The notes beneath the pieces were generated by a model. The model saw nothing but the letters and a program-made list of their open reading frames with translations. It was not told where the DNA came from and searched no databases. Shown here in pieces: positions 25,319 to 34,289 of a DNA stretch of 64,000 nt. Both the position numbers and the translations under genes were made by a program. The stretch is from a virus. Location: IMG/VR virus record IMGVR_UViG_3300028883_000005, positions 1-64,000 of that record. The stretch is one strand, 5' to 3'. The first letter of the stretch is position 1, and each line of letters opens with the position of its first letter.

Positions 25319-25669
25319 AGGAGGACCGACCGTGTTTCACATTCATATTTTAGGAGCCATTGAGAATAAGTGGTTATCTGCGTACAAGGGAAGTGAATAC
25401 ACCAAGCAAGTTTTGGGGGAGTGGTTTGGGTTGCTCAGTCGAGACACTAAGGTTTATATTTGCTACATCAACCATCCCGTATGCCCTGTATGATAAGGAG
25501 GACCGACCATGAAATGGAAAGAATTTTACAAGCGGCTTTCAGAGTTTAAAAATGCTGTTCGTAATCACGAGAAAAATCCTTCTTTAGAATCCCTGGATAG
25601 GTATAAGTGGGCTTATATTGGAATGAAGCAAGCATTTGAAATATTAAGTAGCGAGGAGGACCGACCGTG
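25319..25669 (+). repeat. 16-nt translation-initiation repeat x3
   Basis: AGGAGGACCGACC(G/A)TG at 25319, 25496 and 25654. Confidence 0.9.
25332..25493 (+). CDS. Small hypothetical protein (53 aa)
   Basis: GTG start within the repeated RBS unit. Confidence 0.55.
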   Translation: MFHIHILGAIENKWLSAYKGSEYTKQVLGEWFGLLSRDTKVYICYINHPVCPV

Positions 25670-25670
25670 A
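25509..25670 (+). CDS. Small hypothetical protein (53 aa)
   Basis: ATG within the repeated RBS unit; GTGA overlap with the next gene. Confidence 0.6.
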   Translation: MKWKEFYKRLSEFKNAVRNHEKNPSLESLDRYKWAYIGMKQAFEILSSEEDRP

Positions 25671-25999
25671 CAGATTTAATCGAAAAAATACTTTCTGTTG
25701 GAACGATATTCGAAGACGACACACCAGAAAAACCGAGTGTTATCTTTGGACACCCAAGTTCAGAGGAGTGGGTAGATATATTTCTTACTGCAAAGATGCT
25801 CGCGAACACTCGCGCCGCCGATCCTGTGCGGGTGGAGGATAGGTTGCCGGAAACAACTGATGCTATTTTGGTATATTCTCAGAGCAGGAAATCATGGTGT
25901 CGCGGAAGGCTGGTTGAGTTAAACGTAAATCGTTTCTTTGTTGAAGGGTATTTGGATGACAGAGTAACCCACTGGCAACCAATGCCACCAGCTCCATAA
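25667..25999 (+). CDS. DUF551-like protein
   Basis: VEDRLPE...VTHWQPMPPAP C-terminal signature. Confidence 0.75.
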   Translation: MTDLIEKILSVGTIFEDDTPEKPSVIFGHPSSEEWVDIFLTAKMLANTRAADPVRVEDRLPETTDAILVYSQSRKSWCRGRLVELNVNRFFVEGYLDDRVTHWQPMPPAP

Positions 26000-26001
26000 A
26001 A

Positions 26002-26036
26002 TTTATCGTTACATGCCTTATTTTTATTGCTATATT
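26002..26036 (+). promoter_or_regulatory. TTTATC-type promoter of the dpdA operon
   Basis: TTTATC-GTTACA-N17-TATATT with TGn. Confidence 0.65.
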
Positions 26037-26068
26037 GTAGTTAAAACAAAGATTTAGAAGGATTAATA

Positions 26069-27046
26069 ATGGAAATGACCTTGTTTGTAGATTCAGGTGC
26101 TCCCAGTCTTTATAATCAATTTATACGCCGAAACAAAGGCGGTACTTATATGGGAAGCTTTCTTGAAGATAGGAAAAACGATGACTTCAGCTGGATCCAA
26201 AGCAAGGATTTCCAAACCTACCGAAGGAACTATGCTCTTTTTATCAAGAAAAATCTTCAGTTTATTGATTATTATGCAAATTTTGATGTGATTAATAATG
26301 CAGAAGCAACCTGGTCAAATCAGCAATACTACGAGTCTAAAGGATTGAAACCAATACCTGTTTGGCATTATGGAACAGATATGAAGTGGCTGGAAATGTA
26401 TTTGGAAAAAGGATATGACTATATCGCTATAGGGGGTCTGATACCTAACCCGCCTAGAATCTTGCTTCCTGCATTAGACTCTATATGGGGCTCTCTTCTC
26501 ACAGACTCTTCAGGAATGCCTAAAGTAAAAGTTCACGGATTTGCTGTAACTTCTACGAGACTAATTGCCCGCTACCCCTGGTTTAGTGTAGATTCCTCTT
26601 CTTGGGTAAAATTCGGACAATATGGAGTGATATGTGTCCCTCCTAAAAGAGGGGGAAAGTTTGATTATTCTACCACAGCTCATAATATTTTTGTATCCAC
26701 AAGATCGCCCTCCCAAGAAATTACAGGAAAGCACTATTACACACTGTCAGGCGCAGAGCAAGCAATGATTGATCAATACTTGGACCTTAAAGGTCATGTG
26801 ATGGGTAAATCAGAATTTAAAATGGTAGGTTCAGAATACGAACTTAAAGAAGATGAGGTTTTTGTCAGTGGAAGAAAGGGAGATGAGGAAAGAAGGGTGG
26901 AGATTATATTAGAGAGAGGCGTATGCAACGATTATAAGCTCAGGGACGAGCTTAATGTTCAATATTATATAGATTTGCAGAACAGTGTTCCGGAATGGCC
27001 TTGGGCTTTTCAAATTAATCAGAAGAAAGGATTCTTTGAAATATGA
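26069..27046 (+). CDS. dpdA: TGT-fold DNA 7-deazaguanine transglycosylase (DpdA-like), lacking the N-terminal barrel segment
   Basis: LFVDSGA, YANFDVI, PIPVWHYG, YIAIGGL, KVHGFA, YPWFSVDSSSW; co-occurs with folE/queD/queE. Confidence 0.8.
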   Translation: MEMTLFVDSGAPSLYNQFIRRNKGGTYMGSFLEDRKNDDFSWIQSKDFQTYRRNYALFIKKNLQFIDYYANFDVINNAEATWSNQQYYESKGLKPIPVWHYGTDMKWLEMYLEKGYDYIAIGGLIPNPPRILLPALDSIWGSLLTDSSGMPKVKVHGFAVTSTRLIARYPWFSVDSSSWVKFGQYGVICVPPKRGGKFDYSTTAHNIFVSTRSPSQEITGKHYYTLSGAEQAMIDQYLDLKGHVMGKSEFKMVGSEYELKEDEVFVSGRKGDEERRVEIILERGVCNDYKLRDELNVQYYIDLQNSVPEWPWAFQINQKKGFFEI

Positions 27047-27061
27047 AAAAGTATATCCTTT

Positions 27062-27433
27062 ATGGTGAAGAATAATGAAAGGACACAGGTAATGACCGAG
27101 AGAAAGCCCAGAAAAATACCTGAAGAAGAAACTTGGTCGGAGGCTTATAATTGTCATACTTTTATCAAGTCTTCCATTCCGGTAGATGTTAGTTGGGCAT
27201 CCGTAGGGGGAGGCTACCAAATAAAAGTGTGTGGTCAGCTATGCTCTGAAAAACCTTCAGATGTTGAAGAGGGGAAGATTTTAGCTTTGCTCAAAGCTCG
27301 TCGTTTAGCTAAAGCTTCCCTAGATAACCTAAACAAAGAATTAGAAGGTCTGTATAGAAAAGGACCTAAAAGATATATGGAGTTATATAATAAAATGCTC
27401 GAAGGAGAGATTAAATGGGAGAAGCAGAGATGA
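27062..27433 (+). CDS. Hypothetical protein
   Basis: ORF in packed operon; start uncertain. Confidence 0.55.
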   Translation: MVKNNERTQVMTERKPRKIPEEETWSEAYNCHTFIKSSIPVDVSWASVGGGYQIKVCGQLCSEKPSDVEEGKILALLKARRLAKASLDNLNKELEGLYRKGPKRYMELYNKMLEGEIKWEKQR

Positions 27434-27609
27434 AGTTATTCCTAGCGGGCAACTTCCCTCTGATGAGCAACATCGAGAAGGAAAGAGAGATGAAAGATTA
27501 TGTTTTTTCCAAAGATGCTCCTTATAATCGCCTAGCCAGTTTTTTCTATACTAAAGGAGCAGCAAACTTGGTAGAGATAAGAAGTGAAGTTTTGGAAGAG
27601 ACTAAATGA
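27430..27609 (+). CDS. Small FLAG/RLxSF-family protein A (candidate DpdA N-terminal subunit)
   Basis: MKLFLAGN...YNRLASFFY; ATGA-coupled start at 27430. Confidence 0.65.
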   Translation: MKLFLAGNFPLMSNIEKEREMKDYVFSKDAPYNRLASFFYTKGAANLVEIRSEVLEETK

Positions 27610-27812
27610 AAGTATTCTTCGCAGCGGTTGGCTACGAGCTAATGGACAGCTTTTTAAACGGAACAAAAGGGCAACATCGAAATATGCTCTTTTCATATTG
27701 GGAACTGTCAGGTAGTTCTGGATTTAAACAAAGAAAAATAAACTGGGAGAATATCACAAATGGAACTCAACAGATACGACCTTCAATGGTGCGTGAGGAG
27801 ACTTCCAAGTAA
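27606..27812 (+). CDS. Small FLAG/RLxSF-family protein B
   Basis: MKVFFAA...RNMLFSYW; ATGA-coupled. Confidence 0.6.
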   Translation: MKVFFAAVGYELMDSFLNGTKGQHRNMLFSYWELSGSSGFKQRKINWENITNGTQQIRPSMVREETSK

Positions 27813-28449
27813 CCTACGAAAGTTAATGAAGAAAGAAGAAATCACAGTAGGTGGAGGGTTCATTAGGTCCTGTATATTTAATGAAAAGCCCAACGATATC
27901 GACTTGTTTGTCCCAGATAAAGATTGGGCTAAAGAGCTGGCTTTGTTCCTAAGTGAGTACACTCCTGGGCGTTTAGTGCATACTCCTAATGCCATCACTA
28001 TCCGTGGCCCGCGCCCGCACGTTCAATTTATCACCAGATGGCTCTACGAAGAACCTCAAGATGTGATTCCTTCCTTCGACTTCACCCTTTGTCAAGCTAT
28101 CTTCTGGTGGGATCACTATTGCGGAAAATGGAAGTCTCTGGTTTCAGACGAGTTTTATCCTGCTTTAGCGGCTAAGAGGCTGGAGTACACAAACCCAGAC
28201 AGAAACGAGGATGCCGGAGGCAGCTTATTGAGGGTCCTTAAATACTACCAAAAAGGATTCCGCATCACTATACCTTCTTTCTCTGACGTAATGACCAGAT
28301 TGATCCGAGATATCGATTTTGATGAAATTAATAGAAATGTGAACAACTTTCCTGGACAGACACGAGAAGAGCGAATTAGTTGGATAATTAGAGGACTGCT
28401 CAGGGAGGTAGATCCTAACATTGACCCCGATCACATAGTAGGAGAATAA
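27760..28449 (+). CDS. Nucleotidyltransferase (poly(A) polymerase/CCA-adding superfamily)
   Basis: VGGGFIRS, PNDIDLF, FDFTLCQ, R..KY..KGF. Confidence 0.8.
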   Translation: MELNRYDLQWCVRRLPSNLRKLMKKEEITVGGGFIRSCIFNEKPNDIDLFVPDKDWAKELALFLSEYTPGRLVHTPNAITIRGPRPHVQFITRWLYEEPQDVIPSFDFTLCQAIFWWDHYCGKWKSLVSDEFYPALAAKRLEYTNPDRNEDAGGSLLRVLKYYQKGFRITIPSFSDVMTRLIRDIDFDEINRNVNNFPGQTREERISWIIRGLLREVDPNIDPDHIVGE

Positions 28450-28450
28450 A

Positions 28451-28759
28451 ATGAGCGACGGCAGGTTCGAAGGCGATAGTATTGAAGAGATTGTTTGTTT
28501 AGTAGGTCAACTAAACGACGAGATTTTTAATCAAACTGGCCGTGATCATGGTTGTGCTTATAGACCGTTGGTAGCTCATTTTGACGGTGACGATTGTGCG
28601 TCAACCGCCTCAGTTTACTTAATCGACATTTGTATCTGGAACTCCGATTGTAACAATAGAGGATTCGATGAGAGCTTTAATGTATACCAGCCCCTCAAGG
28701 AGTTTCTCATTCAAGAAATAAATAGAGTAGTATCTGAATTAAAAGAAATCAAACTTTAA
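28451..28759 (+). CDS. Hypothetical protein
   Basis: AGGAG RBS. Confidence 0.6.
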   Translation: MSDGRFEGDSIEEIVCLVGQLNDEIFNQTGRDHGCAYRPLVAHFDGDDCASTASVYLIDICIWNSDCNNRGFDESFNVYQPLKEFLIQEINRVVSELKEIKL

Positions 28760-28776
28760 ATCTAGGGAGAATAAAA

Positions 28777-29796
28777 ATGATTATGCAAAAGAAAGAGTTC
28801 CTTAAAGTGATGCAACTTCTAAAGCCTGGGCTAGCTAAGAAGGACATCATCGAAGAGTTTGTCCATTACCTTTTCACAGGAGATGATGTGATTACATTTA
28901 ATGATGAAATTTGCATCTCCCACCCCTTCAAAACAGATTTCAAATGCTCCTGCCGTGCTGAAGAGCTTTTCAAAACGGTAAACGGGATCAAAGAGGAAAC
29001 TTTGGAGGTTGGAATAGCAGAAGCCGGAAACTGCATCGAAATCAAATCTGCAGGCACACGAGCTCGACTTGCTGTGTCTTCCGAAGATAAGGCTTCGCAG
29101 CTAATCTCTGTACTCAACTTGGAAGAGGTGTGTAAAAACATGACTCCTCTTCCTAAAGACTTTGTCCGCGCTCTGTACCTTTGCATGTTCTCTGCCTCTA
29201 AGGACATGACTAAAGGTATATACACTTGTGTAAAAGTAGATTCAGATTCTGTTTACAGTTCTGACGGAGTGAGGATTAGTAAGTATAACTTAGAAGAGCA
29301 TACAGACTTGTCCACTCTAATACCTGCCAGAAATATTGAGCATTTAGTTCGTTTTCCAGTGATAGAGTTTCGCCTTACAGACAGCTGGTGTCATTTTAGA
29401 ACTGAAGAAGGCGTGGTGTTTAGTACTAGGGTGATGGAGGGCGAGTACCCCTCTCTTGATCAGTATTTTACTATTGAGGGAAAGAGAGTGAGGCTTCCTT
29501 CAGAGATAAAATCTCTGGTGTCCAGTGTTTCTTTCATGTCTGATGATAAGGTTATCAAAGACAAAACGGTCACTATGGTAATAAGTAGTGGCCAGATAAC
29601 CTGTAAGGCAGAAAAGAAAGACATAGGTATGGTAGAAAGAGACTTCGATTTTGAATATGCACAAGAAGGGTTTGAGATTCAGATTAATCCTATATTCCTA
29701 AACGAAGTCTTGGAAAAAGCTACTATTATGAGAGTGAACAAAAATGCAGCTATGTTCACTTCGGGGACCTTTAACCACATTATTTCTTTGCAATAA
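28777..29796 (+). CDS. dnaN: DNA polymerase sliding clamp (beta subunit-like)
   Basis: 339 aa; SSDGVRIS, LIPAR, STRVMEGEYP, INPIFL. Confidence 0.85.
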   Translation: MIMQKKEFLKVMQLLKPGLAKKDIIEEFVHYLFTGDDVITFNDEICISHPFKTDFKCSCRAEELFKTVNGIKEETLEVGIAEAGNCIEIKSAGTRARLAVSSEDKASQLISVLNLEEVCKNMTPLPKDFVRALYLCMFSASKDMTKGIYTCVKVDSDSVYSSDGVRISKYNLEEHTDLSTLIPARNIEHLVRFPVIEFRLTDSWCHFRTEEGVVFSTRVMEGEYPSLDQYFTIEGKRVRLPSEIKSLVSSVSFMSDDKVIKDKTVTMVISSGQITCKAEKKDIGMVERDFDFEYAQEGFEIQINPIFLNEVLEKATIMRVNKNAAMFTSGTFNHIISLQ

Positions 29797-29831
29797 TGTG
29801 CTGAAGCTTATGCAAAAGGACAAAAATCCTT

Positions 29832-29890
29832 CGTGCTCTAAGCGCGAATTCTGCACGAACTTTATGTAGTCAATGCATTAGTATACATTT
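29832..29890. repeat. Dispersed ~60-bp element, copy 3
   Basis: GCTCTAAGCGCGAATTCTGCACG...CAATGCATTAGTATACATT. Confidence 0.9.
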
Positions 29891-29973
29891 GAAAGCTGCC
29901 AGCTATGAAATCTTTAATTAGTGGAAAAAGAGGCGGAGGGAATTAAGAAAAGGATAAAAGGGAGGTTCAAAGA

Positions 29974-30468
29974 ATGGTCGATTTTAAAAGAATACTTAGA
30001 GAAAGAGGTCTAAAAGCAGAGGCAGATTTCGCTCCTAAATCTCACAGACCAGACTCTCAAGGGGTATGTGTACAATGCGGCTCCGTTTTGGATTTGAGTG
30101 ATGCCCCTTCAGAATGCCCCGGACCTTACGAGTTTAAATGCACAGGAATCCGAACCAGCTGCATATATCCTGCCTTGGTGCATTCCCGCATAGCAGATCG
30201 TAAATTTGTAGAATTAGATTTAGAACTTAGATTCCTGATGGACGAGTGGTGGATTAATATCTTAAATGGGGTTACGGGATTTGAGAGCTGCTCTGTAAAG
30301 GATTTTACAACAGGAATGTACCAAGGCAGGAAGGGATGGACCGCCTGTGCAGGAACTACTGGGAGATGGGATTCTCTTTTTGTTCCTTTTAGCGAGTGCA
30401 AAAAGATTTTAAAATGGGTTGAGGGGGTGCTTAAACGAATAAACGGAGATGAGGATGAGGAAAAATGA
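29974..30468 (+). CDS. Hypothetical Cys-containing protein
   Basis: GGGAGG RBS; CVQCG...CPG. Confidence 0.65.
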   Translation: MVDFKRILRERGLKAEADFAPKSHRPDSQGVCVQCGSVLDLSDAPSECPGPYEFKCTGIRTSCIYPALVHSRIADRKFVELDLELRFLMDEWWINILNGVTGFESCSVKDFTTGMYQGRKGWTACAGTTGRWDSLFVPFSECKKILKWVEGVLKRINGDEDEEK

Positions 30469-30899
30469 AAGTTTTCCTGGCAGGAGTTCCCGCAGGCAAT
30501 CAAGCTGTTAGGGAGCATCACTTAAAAGCGATGGGTGCCAATAATCGCCTAACTACCTTTTACTATTTGAGGCAGGCAAAAATAACTATGAAAAAATATA
30601 AAGGTCCAGGTAAGGTGGTTCATTGCAAACGGGAACAATTTGATGTTTATATAGGTAGAACAAATACCATGCATCATTACGGAAACCCCTTTGTAGTGGG
30701 CACTCACGGAGATGCTTTTAAATGTGTATCTAATTATAGAAGATGGCTAACTACAAATGCATACCCACACTTAGAACCAGAGAGGAAAGCCTGGATACTA
30801 TCTAGGGTCAAAACCCTCAAAAACAAAAGGCTGGGCTGCTTCTGTACTAAGCCGCCCTGTCACGGATTTATTCTTTTAGAGTTGGCGGAGAAGTCATAA
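30465..30899 (+). CDS. FLAG/RLxSF module C fused to a DUF4326 domain
   Basis: N-terminal MKVFLAG...NNRLTTFYY; then VVHCKREQFDVYIGR...YGNPF...LGCFC..PCHG (DUF4326). Confidence 0.8.
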   Translation: MKVFLAGVPAGNQAVREHHLKAMGANNRLTTFYYLRQAKITMKKYKGPGKVVHCKREQFDVYIGRTNTMHHYGNPFVVGTHGDAFKCVSNYRRWLTTNAYPHLEPERKAWILSRVKTLKNKRLGCFCTKPPCHGFILLELAEKS

Positions 30900-33583
30900 T
30901 GGCACTTAAAGGTTTTTTCCAAATAGAATCTACTGAACCTAGAAGGAATGCTAATAAAGAGCTTTTGGATAAAAGATATAACCATCCTGGCGATCCGGAT
31001 TGCTCTAGCTGTGGATTAGATAAAAAAGGATGCAAAAGGCCCAGGATACCTGTAACAGGAAATGGTAGAAGAAACATTCTAGGGATAGCAGAAGCTCCTG
31101 GGGCCACCGAAGACACACTAGGGAAGAATTTAGTGGGGGAGGCTGGTCAGTTTCTGGAAAAAAGTCTTAAACCTCTTGGGATTGATCTTCATAGAGACCT
31201 TTACTTAATAAATTCTGTAAATTGCCGTCCTCCTGAGAATAGAAAGCCTACAGATCATGAGTGCCTGTGTTGTCGTCCTTTATTGCTTAAAACCATCGAA
31301 GAGATAAAACCAGATCATATATGGTTATTTGGAGGAACTTCGGTAAGTACTTACATTAGAGATAGATTCAAAAACACAACAATCAGCAGATGGGTAAATT
31401 TACCCTTCCCTGACCCTGAAAATGGAGCTTGGGTTACTGCTCAATATCATCCTTCTTTTGTGATGAGAGGAAAAAACGATAATCTCAGAGCTATAAACCA
31501 GATATATCTCAAAAAAGCAGTAGGCCGTCTATCTTGGAATCCTTACGAGTTTCCTGACTTTGACAGTCAGGTTACTATTTTATTAGAATTTAAAAAAATA
31601 ATCTTCCATCTTAAAAGGATACTTAGAACTAAGCCTTCGATAACTATTGATTATGAATCCACAGGTGTGAAGCCATATAAGATTGGTCATAAGATCTATT
31701 GTGTAAGTATAGATGATGGAGATCAAAGCTATGTGATTCCTTTGCAAAGGCCTGGGTATTGGAAAGAGGAAGAATGGTCAGAAATTCATCGTTTATATGT
31801 AGAAATTTTGGAAGATCCTAAAATATTAAAAACAGCTCAAGGTAGAAATTTCGAGGACTCCTGGTCATCTGTTGTTTTAGGTGCAGATGTTAAAGGTTGG
31901 GATTGGTGCACTATGACAGCCTCACATCTTATAGATAGCAGAGAGAAATTCACAGGTCTGAAATTTCAAGCTTTCTTAAGATTTGGAATAACAGGTTATG
32001 AGGAAGAGATTGCACCATATCTGAAGTCGGATAAAGGAGAGGAATTTAACAATATTCATAATGCCCCTCCCGAAAAGCTACATCACTATTGTGGACTAGA
32101 TACAGTAAATACCAGAGAGCTGAAAAAATGGCAAAAATCCTTTTTTGATAGGCACCCAAAACTCGAAGCTGCCAGACAATTCACGATGGATGGTTTGGAA
32201 GCTCTAATGAGTGTGCAAAATGAAGGAATCGTAGCAGACAGGGCTTATTACGACGAGCAAAATGCTTTTCTAGGGGATGAGATAGAAAAATTAACATTAC
32301 AGATTTATCAGTCTAAGGAGGCAGAAAAGTTTAAAAAGAGAACAGGAAAGTCCTTTAACTATAAATCTTCTCAAGACTTACAAATTCTGTTTTTTGATAT
32401 TTTAGGGTATACACCAAAAAAGTTCACCAATAAAGATGAAACCAATGCATCGGTAGATGCTGAAGTTGTGAGTTCTATTAATTCACCTATAGCTAAAAAA
32501 ATTCTTCGTGTAAAGAAGCTCTACAAAGTAAAAAACACCTACTTGGCACAATTCTTCAGGGAAATTACTGAAGAGGGCAAGATACACCCTGTTCAGAATC
32601 TTCATATAGCTACCACACATAGAGGATCTCAAGATCATCCTAATTTTCAAAACATACCAGTTCGAGATGAGGAGTCTAAAAAGGTGTGCAGATCTGGTAT
32701 CGTTGCTTCTTTAGACCCTGAAGAGCCTGTTAGGCTAGGAGAAAAAGATTATGGGTCTCAAGAAGTTAGGATAATTGCTTGTTACTCTGAGGACCCTGTT
32801 TTAATAGATTATATTAATGATCCTACTACGAACATGCATCGAGATGAGGCGGCGGCCTTATTTATCCTACCTGAAGAAAGAGTAAGCAAAGATATCAGAT
32901 TTTATGCCAAAAACTGTTGGGTGTTCCCTCAATTTTATAAAAGCTGGTATGGAAGTTGTGCTAAGGATTTACAAAAGAACGTTATCATTCCTAATTTAAA
33001 AACAGCAGACGGTGAAAAGATACAGGACCACCTTAAGTCTAAAGGAATTTATACAGAGCAGTCTTTCGAGAATCATTGTAAAAGGATGGAGAGTGCTTTC
33101 TGGGACAAATACAAAGGTGTAAAGAAATGGCAAGATAAAACAATTAAAAAATATCTAGAGCAGGGGTACGTGGGGACTTTCTTTGGTCATAGAAGAACAG
33201 GTTTCTTGTCCCCTAACGAGATTGTGAATAGCCCTATTCAGGGCACAGCATTCCACTGTTTGCTTTGGACGTTAAAGAAAGTTAAAGATAGAATTAAGGA
33301 TTTAGGCTTCCGTAGCCGACCTAACAATCAAATACATGACTCCATTAAAAGCAAAATATATGTTGAAGAGCAAAACGAATATATCCAAATGGTAAAAACA
33401 ATTGCCGAAGATGAAATCAGAGAGCAAAATGGTTGGTTAATTGTACCACTACTATTAGAAATAGAGTTATGTCCTATAGGAGGAAACTGGTATCAGAAAG
33501 AGGAAGTGTTTTTTGAAGGCGGCACATGGGTAAGTAAAAACAAGGACGGTAGCATTAAGAACGTATACGATGAAAATTTCTAA
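30899..33583 (+). CDS. polA: Family A DNA polymerase with N-terminal family-4 uracil-DNA glycosylase-like domain
   Basis: UDG: CSSC, AEAPG, NSVNCRPP.NR.P, YHPS. Exo: IDYESTG. Pol: PNFQNIP, DYGSQEVR, R..AKN..FPQFY, NSPIQGTA, QIHDS. Confidence 0.93.
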   Translation: MALKGFFQIESTEPRRNANKELLDKRYNHPGDPDCSSCGLDKKGCKRPRIPVTGNGRRNILGIAEAPGATEDTLGKNLVGEAGQFLEKSLKPLGIDLHRDLYLINSVNCRPPENRKPTDHECLCCRPLLLKTIEEIKPDHIWLFGGTSVSTYIRDRFKNTTISRWVNLPFPDPENGAWVTAQYHPSFVMRGKNDNLRAINQIYLKKAVGRLSWNPYEFPDFDSQVTILLEFKKIIFHLKRILRTKPSITIDYESTGVKPYKIGHKIYCVSIDDGDQSYVIPLQRPGYWKEEEWSEIHRLYVEILEDPKILKTAQGRNFEDSWSSVVLGADVKGWDWCTMTASHLIDSREKFTGLKFQAFLRFGITGYEEEIAPYLKSDKGEEFNNIHNAPPEKLHHYCGLDTVNTRELKKWQKSFFDRHPKLEAARQFTMDGLEALMSVQNEGIVADRAYYDEQNAFLGDEIEKLTLQIYQSKEAEKFKKRTGKSFNYKSSQDLQILFFDILGYTPKKFTNKDETNASVDAEVVSSINSPIAKKILRVKKLYKVKNTYLAQFFREITEEGKIHPVQNLHIATTHRGSQDHPNFQNIPVRDEESKKVCRSGIVASLDPEEPVRLGEKDYGSQEVRIIACYSEDPVLIDYINDPTTNMHRDEAAALFILPEERVSKDIRFYAKNCWVFPQFYKSWYGSCAKDLQKNVIIPNLKTADGEKIQDHLKSKGIYTEQSFENHCKRMESAFWDKYKGVKKWQDKTIKKYLEQGYVGTFFGHRRTGFLSPNEIVNSPIQGTAFHCLLWTLKKVKDRIKDLGFRSRPNNQIHDSIKSKIYVEEQNEYIQMVKTIAEDEIREQNGWLIVPLLLEIELCPIGGNWYQKEEVFFEGGTWVSKNKDGSIKNVYDENF

Positions 33584-33863
33584 GATGATAATCATAGTAG
33601 TAACGCTTAGGGAGGAAGACTTTCTAGATAAGGAGCACACCCTCAAGGTTTGGGAAGCGATAAATAAGAGACTGCCTGAAGTTCCTTGGGAAAGATTTTG
33701 GGATCAAAGCAGGATTATAACTGAGTCTATTTTTGAAATTCCTGGCGAGAGGTATACTATACAAATTCCTATGAGATGTTTGTTATTTAAAAAGATAAAT
33801 TGGACTTGGAAACCAGAATGGAAAAAGAGGAAAGAACTCCTACTAAGGAAAATAAAATGGTAA
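33570..33863 (+). CDS. Hypothetical protein
   Basis: Packed ORF overlapping both neighbours. Confidence 0.5.
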   Translation: MKISKMIIIVVTLREEDFLDKEHTLKVWEAINKRLPEVPWERFWDQSRIITESIFEIPGERYTIQIPMRCLLFKKINWTWKPEWKKRKELLLRKIKW

Positions 33864-34111
33864 AGAATGTACCAAACCACCCTCATCCTCCCAGAGTTCC
33901 TAAACCTCCTAAACCTAAATATCATTTTGGTAGAAGGGCAAAGAGCAAAGATGAGAAGATGTTAGGTTTGCTTATTCATGATCTTTGCGTTCTTTCCTCC
34001 AGAGTAGATCAAGGTGTTCTATCTTCAGAGATTATTGAGGAAGAAGTAGAACGATATGTAGAGGCTTTTAAAAATAGGATGATGGGAAATGAATCTGTTT
34101 CTGGCGGGTAA
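33857..34111 (+). CDS. Hypothetical protein
   Basis: AAGGA RBS; Pro-rich N-terminus. Confidence 0.5.
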   Translation: MVKNVPNHPHPPRVPKPPKPKYHFGRRAKSKDEKMLGLLIHDLCVLSSRVDQGVLSSEIIEEEVERYVEAFKNRMMGNESVSGG

Positions 34112-34289
34112 TCCTGGTCATGGCAAAGCAGGAACTTACAGAGAGGAATATTTGATAAACAATAAATGTAACAGATTGATTAGTTACTTTTGGTTTGGTG
34201 AAGGTAAGGATTTTAATAAATATTTTGAGAGGTGGAAAGATGCCAAAGAAGATACTATTCACAGACACAGAGACTACAGGTGTAGATGA
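34089..34289 (+). CDS. Small FLAG/RLxSF-family protein D
   Basis: MNLFLAGNPG...CNRLISYFW. Confidence 0.65.
   Translation: MNLFLAGNPGHGKAGTYREEYLINNKCNRLISYFWFGEGKDFNKYFERWKDAKEDTIHRHRDYRCR

Noticed and set aside
17743-33583. Inteins or introns in dnaB or polA
   Set aside because: Insertions are short, lack C/S...HN splice motifs, and frames are uninterrupted.
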